DNA of 64,000 nt from a virus. Taxonomy: Duplodnaviria; Caudoviricetes. The notes under the pieces are model-generated. The model did not search any database and was not told the DNA's origin. It saw only the letters and a program-made list of their open reading frames with translations. The stretch is taken from IMG/VR virus record IMGVR_UViG_3300028886_001681, positions 96,259 through 160,258 of that record; one strand, written 5' to 3'. Positions within the stretch are counted from its first letter, which is position 1. Each line of letters opens with the position of its first letter. The position numbers were made by a program, and so were the translations under genes. Shown here piece by piece: positions 58,735 through 64,000 of this stretch.

Positions 58735-59202
58735 TCACATCTCCAATCTTTCTTGCAAGTTTCTTCCCAACGCCTCCGCGCATTGGTAGAAGTCAAATGT
58801 CTGCGGTTGGCAAAATTTCAAATCTTCCTCCAAATCAAGAATCCCTTTTCTTCCAACCTTAACCTCCGCAATTTCCTTATCCAACTTGGAGCAGAACCAT
58901 CGAGTATTGTCATAGGCTTTCTGCAAGGATTCGACCGCGTTGTTGATTTTGTTCTCATACGAGGCTTTCATCTCGTTAAACTTTTTCTCCGCTTGGAGCA
59001 TGTCCTCGTTGTTCAACAAGTTGATTTCCGAAAGAAGGCTTTTTCCAACCTTGGGACAACAGTCCAACACCAACTCTCTAACCGCGTCAATTTCATTGTT
59101 GAATGCAATCAAAGGAAACACGCCTTTAATTTCCGTAGTTTCCCTTCGTTTCTTGTCCTTTATTTTTTCTTCGCACCAAGCGATTATTTCCTCATAACTC
59201 AT
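58735..59202 (-). CDS. Hypothetical protein
   Basis: GGAGG SD; stop codon lies in the IS right end. Confidence 0.55.
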   Translation of the reverse strand: MSYEEIIAWCEEKIKDKKRRETTEIKGVFPLIAFNNEIDAVRELVLDCCPKVGKSLLSEINLLNNEDMLQAEKKFNEMKASYENKINNAVESLQKAYDNTRWFCSKLDKEIAEVKVGRKGILDLEEDLKFCQPQTFDFYQCAEALGRNLQERLEM

Positions 59203-59440
59203 ATGTTTTCCTCCATAAATCGTTTCTCTTCATTTTTCGCTCGTCGCCACGCAAGCGACATCTCCATGCTCTTTCTTCAAAGACTCAATTTCCTTGATTA
59301 TGGTGGGAATCCTTCTCCTAACGAATGTTCCGAGAAATCCGTCATCAAAGCGGACACCGCAAGAACAGACAACTTTTCCCTCGGCCTTTTCAAGCCATTC
59401 ATCATATGAATATTTGGCGACTCTTCCCATTCAACAACTC

Positions 59441-60358
59441 CTAGAAATCGAACAATTCCTTTTTAGTCTGACTGTCCGCGACCTTTACGCAAGCGCAACC
59501 TCTTTTCTTGAATTCCTCTAAAAAGGACTTCCTCTTATCGTCATAAAAGTAGACGATTTCCGCCCCTTCCATTCCATCGAATGTTCCGTCGAGAATGTAG
59601 CGAACATGCAGAAAGTTCTTGTAGTCGAACGGATAGGATTGAATCCCCAAATCGTGGCAACCAAAACACATGTCGTCCTCGTTTCTAGTTCCTCCGCATA
59701 TCGCCTCGATGTAGAATTTATCCTTGTCGATGTAGGGCTTCAACGCGTCAATAATTCCCTTTCTGTCCAACTCGGACTCCACGACCAATATTCTGTGCGG
59801 TTTCTCGATGCAGTCCTTTCCCAAGTACCTAGCGGAAATCAATGAGCGGTTTATCCATTTGGATATGTTCTTTCCGTTGCTTCCGTCGCGAGAGTCGTAA
59901 ATCTTGAACGGATATGACACCGAGTAAGGGTCTACTCCTTTCGGCAAATTCGTCTTCAAACACTCGCAACCCTTGGTGTATTTCTTCATCTCCTCTTTCA
60001 TGACTTTCCATGTCGGACGACTCTTGTAGTAGTTCTTCAACTTGAAGTGGGCGGTCTTACAGTAATATTTTTGTCCGTCGTTCAACATGACTTCTCCGCA
60101 GAAATCGTTGAGGTGGACGCCTATTCCCATTCCTTGGTAGTCAGGCAACACGACAAGCCTATGACCCATGTAAAAATCACGAATGTCTCCGTTCGGCAAG
60201 AGCAACATCGCCCTAAAACCGACCAATATATCGCCCCAATAGCATATGAACACTCGGCAAGGAGCCAAATTCGCCTCTTGGGTCAAATAATGATATTGCC
60301 TAAATATTTTCCAAAGGCCTTCCTTCTTTGAGTTGTCCGCGACCTCGTAGACGGACAA
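59441..60358 (-). CDS. GNAT-family acetyltransferase-like domain (possibly Mom-like DNA modification)
   Basis: WKIFRQYHYL and RLVVLPDYQGMGIG acetyl-CoA-binding motif. Confidence 0.75.
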   Translation of the reverse strand: MSVYEVADNSKKEGLWKIFRQYHYLTQEANLAPCRVFICYWGDILVGFRAMLLLPNGDIRDFYMGHRLVVLPDYQGMGIGVHLNDFCGEVMLNDGQKYYCKTAHFKLKNYYKSRPTWKVMKEEMKKYTKGCECLKTNLPKGVDPYSVSYPFKIYDSRDGSNGKNISKWINRSLISARYLGKDCIEKPHRILVVESELDRKGIIDALKPYIDKDKFYIEAICGGTRNEDDMCFGCHDLGIQSYPFDYKNFLHVRYILDGTFDGMEGAEIVYFYDDKRKSFLEEFKKRGCACVKVADSQTKKELFDF

Positions 60359-61017
60359 CTCAATTCTTTTTTTAGTTCAACTCCTCGGCAATCATAAACC
60401 TTCTCGTCGTCCAAGTCCACCACAATATCAGGTTCCATATAGTCTATATAATCCTTGTGGCAAGAGCAGAAAACGACCTTCTTCAAATTGTGCTTGACGA
60501 TATACTTCTTCACTCCGATTACTGTGGAAATCGCCACATTTCTGTCTACGGTTGATGTGAACTCATCGAAACACATCTCCGACTGAATGTTCAAGGCCAA
60601 GTCCGCCCTAAAGCCCTCGCCCACAGAGAGCACATTTCTAGGACGGCACCAAGTAGGGACGGTGGACAATCCGACCGAAGCCAATCTGTCCATGCAATCC
60701 TCCTTGTCAGTGAAGTCGAAGTTGGAAATCACGGACTTGGAGCAATCATATTTCTTGATTTTCTTCTCGAAGAAAGGAAATTCCTTGAGAAGTTGGGATT
60801 TTCCCGCTCCGCTTCGACCGCAAATCACGCAAGTGCGATAGTCAATCTCGTTCAAAACCTTCGGCAGTCTATAAGGATAGAATTTACTCTCTCCCACGAA
60901 TTCATAGTCAAAATAAGATTGTGCCAACTGAGTGTATTCATCGCACGGAATCTTTGAAACCAAAGGCTCGTCCTTGCGTTGCAGAGAGCACAAAACTTTG
61001 CAATCTTGATAGTTCAT
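60283..61017 (-). CDS. ABC-type ATPase domain, probably joined to the GNAT domain by a -1 frameshift
   Basis: GRSGAGKS, LSVGE signature, FDEFTSTVD, CSCH. Confidence 0.8.
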   Translation of the reverse strand: MNYQDCKVLCSLQRKDEPLVSKIPCDEYTQLAQSYFDYEFVGESKFYPYRLPKVLNEIDYRTCVICGRSGAGKSQLLKEFPFFEKKIKKYDCSKSVISNFDFTDKEDCMDRLASVGLSTVPTWCRPRNVLSVGEGFRADLALNIQSEMCFDEFTSTVDRNVAISTVIGVKKYIVKHNLKKVVFCSCHKDYIDYMEPDIVVDLDDEKVYDCRGVELKKELSCPSTRSRTTQRRKAFGKYLGNIII

Positions 61018-61131
61018 TCAATTTTCTCCTTGAATGAAAGGAGTTTATCACATTGATTTGGTTTTTGTCAAGGAAAAATTGCAAAAAAAAGACGGCCACC
61101 CAAGACCGCCTTTCCGCGAATTCGAGAAAAG

Positions 61132-61353
61132 TTATTCCTCGTCTTTAACTTCTTCCGAAGTTTCGGTCTGTTCCTCAACCTTTTCTTCGATTACAGTTTC
61201 CTTCGTCTCAACCTTTTCTTCCTTTTTAGGCTCAACAATCGGAGTTTCCGCAACTTCCTCTTTTTCCACGATGGGAAGGGTGCTTGAGAAACTTACAACC
61301 TCTCCGTCCAAAGAAACTTTGTTGGTGTTCTTCATGAAATCATTAACCATTTT
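61132..61353 (-). CDS. Small Glu-rich protein
   Basis: AGGAGG SD before MVNDF; terminator hairpin downstream. Confidence 0.5.
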   Translation of the reverse strand, partial: KMVNDFMKNTNKVSLDGEVVSFSSTLPIVEKEEVAETPIVEPKKEEKVETKETVIEEKVEEQTETSEEVKDEE

Positions 61354-61370
61354 CCATTCCTCCTTAAAAA

Positions 61371-61709
61371 TTAATCTATATATCCAAAAGCCTTCATTCG
61401 ACTCTCGACTTCCGCGGAATTCGAGCACATCACGACGAAATCGCTCAAGCCTCCGTCCGAAAAATAAACTCCTTCGTCTCCAAAATATACTTCCTCGAAC
61501 GATTCCGCAGAATACAAGACGAACTCGTTGTCTCCGTCGTTGAACGAAATGCTCTCCCCCTCAAACCCTTCGACCGCTTCCACTGTCGGCGACCATATGT
61601 TGGTTATGTTGCTCGATTCGTCGACATAGGAAACTCCGTCAACCTCGATTCCGTCGAATAAACTCAAAAACTCGCAATTTGTCATGTGTTTCGTGATTCT
61701 TTCGCTCAT
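61371..61709 (-). CDS. Acidic hypothetical protein
   Basis: Likely start MSERI. Confidence 0.5.
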   Translation of the reverse strand: MSERITKHMTNCEFLSLFDGIEVDGVSYVDESSNITNIWSPTVEAVEGFEGESISFNDGDNEFVLYSAESFEEVYFGDEGVYFSDGGLSDFVVMCSNSAEVESRMKAFGYID

Positions 61710-61723
61710 TTTGAATTCCCCAA

Positions 61724-62200
61724 TCAATCGATGAATTTCTTTCCGCCTTCCCAATAGTCGGAGGAAACCATCACTCCCACGGTGAACCTTCCTTCGAAAT
61801 TGAGGGAAACTTGCTTGGCAACTTTGGCGCACTTGGAGTAACTTTCGAATTCATTGATTTGTCCGCACATCTCGTCGCCGACTTGAACGCCTTCGTCCAA
61901 GTCCATCACATAAAACATCGCTCCGACGGAAGCGGATTCCTTGATTTCCTCGCCTTTGAACAACTTTGTTTCCACTTCATCTATAAATTTGTATAGAGTT
62001 TCCCTCATCTCGTCGTCCAACGGCAAGGTCTCCACTATGTCGTCCGCCACAGACTCGATTTCGTCGAAGGGGTATTGGGGCTTCGTTCCTTTCTTCAAGT
62101 TCTTCGCCACCTCCTCAAGAATTTGGCAGTCCACTATCACAAAGTCTTCGTCCGTGTGGCTATAGGCGAAATCAATCACTTCCTTGATTCCCATAATCAA
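61724..62200 (-). CDS. Acidic two-domain protein with EEIKES linker
   Basis: Co-oriented, GAGG SD. Confidence 0.55.
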   Translation of the reverse strand: MIMGIKEVIDFAYSHTDEDFVIVDCQILEEVAKNLKKGTKPQYPFDEIESVADDIVETLPLDDEMRETLYKFIDEVETKLFKGEEIKESASVGAMFYVMDLDEGVQVGDEMCGQINEFESYSKCAKVAKQVSLNFEGRFTVGVMVSSDYWEGGKKFID

Positions 62201-62476
62201 CTACCTCGCGAGATAAAAGCCTAGAACATCGGCTCTGAACGAATATGTGGCCTTGAGTTGCAAAATGTTGTCGTTAGCCAAACAAACTTCAATCAAGCCG
62301 TCGTAAGCCCAAACATGTTGAACCTCCAACTTGGCCACAGAAACAATGTCCTCTATGAGGTTTTCCAAATCATTGATGTATTTTATCTTTTTAAAATCCG
62401 ACTCCAAATCCGCCAAATTCTCGTCGTAACATTTGAAATCTTCAAATTTAATGTCTTGATTGTAAAGTTTCATCAC
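62201..62476 (-). CDS. Small acidic protein
   Basis: AGGAGG SD. Confidence 0.55.
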   Translation of the reverse strand: MMKLYNQDIKFEDFKCYDENLADLESDFKKIKYINDLENLIEDIVSVAKLEVQHVWAYDGLIEVCLANDNILQLKATYSFRADVLGFYLAR

Positions 62477-62495
62477 GCTCTATCCCTCCTTAAAA

Positions 62496-62864
62496 TCAAC
62501 TAGCCTTCTTTGTCCAAGTCACATTGATTGTGATGTCGCCCTTGATTGGGTTCTCGCAGTCTTCCGTGACAATTGACTCATTGTATCTATAAGTGGGGTA
62601 GTAGTCCGTCACGCTTAAATCCTTCTCGTGAATCGCGTTGCCGATTGTCTCGAACGGTTGGGCGGTGTATGTGGCGCTAGTTCCTCCGTTGTCCGAATTG
62701 GTGAAAGTCACCGTGAATGTGGTCGGAGTGGGGGTTGTGTTGGGAACTCCGCCACACATGAGGGTTTGGGCGTCGTTGGCGAAGTTTCCTCTGAAAGTGG
62801 TGTATGAATATCCGTGTCCGTTCATTCCTTCCTTGTTGTCGTTCAAATTGAAATTGTTGGGCAT
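62496..62864 (-). CDS. Small Thr-rich beta protein, probably virion-associated
   Basis: PNTTPTPTT linker then Ig/ubiquitin-like beta domain; TAACTAT at 62900-62906. Confidence 0.5.
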   Translation of the reverse strand: MPNNFNLNDNKEGMNGHGYSYTTFRGNFANDAQTLMCGGVPNTTPTPTTFTVTFTNSDNGGTSATYTAQPFETIGNAIHEKDLSVTDYYPTYRYNESIVTEDCENPIKGDITINVTWTKKAS

Positions 62865-62927
62865 AATTTTGTCTCTCCTAATGAATAAATTTTGATAAAA
62901 TAGTTAAAAATTCATTGCTCAATCTAG

Positions 62928-63257
62928 TGGAACGGCTTTAATGAGTTTAAATTTGCCAACGACCAAAACGAATTAAGCGAGTGGTATGACTTCTACACCT
63001 ACAACAACGATTCTTGGGTTATGACTTCCGCTCCTTATGATGGATTTATAACCGCTATATCTAGAGGAAGTAATGGAGCAAGCATTAACATTTTTGTAAA
63101 TGATATAATTATAGCCGCCAATTCAAACGCAGATTATGGAATAAATGGTCAAGGTGAAGTTGCGTTTAGAAAGGGTGATAAGTTAGAGATTACTAGTTCT
63201 TTTAGGGATAAAGGTTACATCTGTTTCTACGAAAAGCGCGACTACTCCAACCGATAA
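62928..63257 (+). other. Start-less tail-fibre-tip-like cassette 1
   Basis: Open frame begins right after TAG: WNGFNEFKFANDQNELSEW...APYDGF...RKGD...YEKRDYSNR*. Confidence 0.65.
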
Positions 63258-63266
63258 TCATTCAAG

Positions 63267-63617
63267 TGGAACGGTCATTATGAGTTATTGAAAATCACCA
63301 CCGATGAACAATGGACAGGTCGCTATTGGAACGATGGAAAGAAAATTTATACAAGAATGATATCCAACACAAAATCCTTTATGTATCATTCTTTTGTCGA
63401 ATTATTTTCATATTCAGATTATAATATAGATACATTAATCTCAGTTCAAGAAACTCCTTTTTCTAATAATATAGATAGTTATTTCTTTAAATGTAACGCT
63501 TATGGATTTGATGTATCATTTGATAGGAAAGTTAGAGCGTGGAACACTTACACAGGTGGTTCTACAGTAACTAAATCATACATATTAATTATTGAATACA
63601 CCAAAACATCTTCCTAA
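63267..63617 (+). other. Start-less tail-fibre-tip-like cassette 2 (different domain type)
   Basis: WNGHYELLKITTDEQWTGRYWNDGKKIY...IIEYTKTSS*. Confidence 0.65.
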
Positions 63618-63622
63618 TTTAG

Positions 63623-63952
63623 CGGAACGGATGGAATGAGTTCGTTAATAATTGCGAGTTAAGCGAGTGGGAAGAGATTTCACTGAGCACTAACTCAAGC
63701 AATCCAACCGTTATGACTTATGACGGATTCTTAATTGTAAGAAGTCCGAGTGGCTCAGGTGGCACTATATATGTTAATGGGTCTCCTATTGCTAATGCAA
63801 CACATAGCGGGTACGGCGGAACGACATATGAAGGTTCAAGCGCAACTATACCTGTTAAGAAAAACGACGAAATATACAAGATTGTTGGAATGGGGGATAC
63901 AAATCCATCCTTTGTGGCCTACTACAAGAAACGCGACTACTCAAACAGATAA
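63623..63952 (+). other. Start-less tail-fibre-tip-like cassette 3 (paralog of cassette 1)
   Basis: After TAG: RNGWNEFVNNCELSEW...YDGF...KKND...YKKRDYSNR*. Confidence 0.65.
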
Positions 63953-63962
63953 CTCACTCTAA

Positions 63963-64000
63963 CGGAACGGCTACAATGATTTTGTTAATAATTGCAAGTT
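63963..64000 (+). other. Start of cassette 4 (truncated by window edge)
   Basis: After TAA: RNGYNDFVNNCK. Confidence 0.55.

Larger units (their letters stand above)
56890..58738 (+). mobile_element. IS605-type element (divergent tnpA and tnpB)
   Basis: Left subterminal hairpin GCCACC-CTTTAT-GGTGGT near 56901-56918; right hairpin GCCTACTCCC-TTTA-GGGAGTAGGT followed by AGTTCAC; left boundary approximate. Confidence 0.8.
62929..63982 (+). repeat. Four copies of YGGAACGG-N5-ATGA(G/T)TT at about 340-bp spacing
   Basis: GGAACGG at 62929, 63268, 63624 and 63964. Confidence 0.85.

Noticed and set aside
62941-62976. GGAACGG-N5-ATG as SD plus start codon of the cassettes
   Set aside because: The ATG is out of frame with the conserved domain and hits a stop within about 12 codons in cassettes 1-3.
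62928-63952. Cassettes 1 and 3 as a DGR template/variable repeat pair
   Set aside because: They are too divergent, differences are not confined to adenines, and no reverse transcriptase is in the window.
62929-63982. GGAACGG repeats as a CRISPR array
   Set aside because: Units are about 340 bp apart and the intervening DNA is protein-coding; no cas genes are visible.
1-64000. Stop-codon reassignment (alternative genetic code)
   Set aside because: Core genes are full length in the standard code, and TAA, TAG and TGA all terminate well-supported genes.

Overview
A 64-kb segment of a large, AT-rich, T4-like (myovirus-type) bacteriophage genome using the standard genetic code. It encodes a gp23-like major capsid protein, tail sheath, tail tube, large terminase, a probable prohead scaffold, primase, PIF1/RecD-like helicase, DnaC-like loader, SbcD/gp47-like nuclease, RtcB, dUTPase and a Dps-like protein. 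It also carries seven orphan DNA methyltransferases, an ABC-ATPase/GNAT pair, several endonuclease-like genes and two IS200/IS605 TnpB loci. Structural genes are dispersed, and many genes sit behind a recurring TAACTAT motif that is probably a phage-specific promoter. Two arrangements stand out. (1) Three paralogous Zn-ribbon-repeat nucleases are each preceded by a small three-way-junction RNA whose two loops are complementary, with copy-specific covariation, to a leader hairpin loop and to the ribosome-binding region of the cognate nuclease mRNA. (2) At the right edge is a tandem array of start-less ~110-codon tail-fibre-tip-like cassettes, each opened by a conserved YGGAACGG-N5-ATGA(G/T)TT site, suggesting a shufflon-like receptor-switching locus that runs out of the window. 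All assignments come from reading motifs by eye; no database searches were run.
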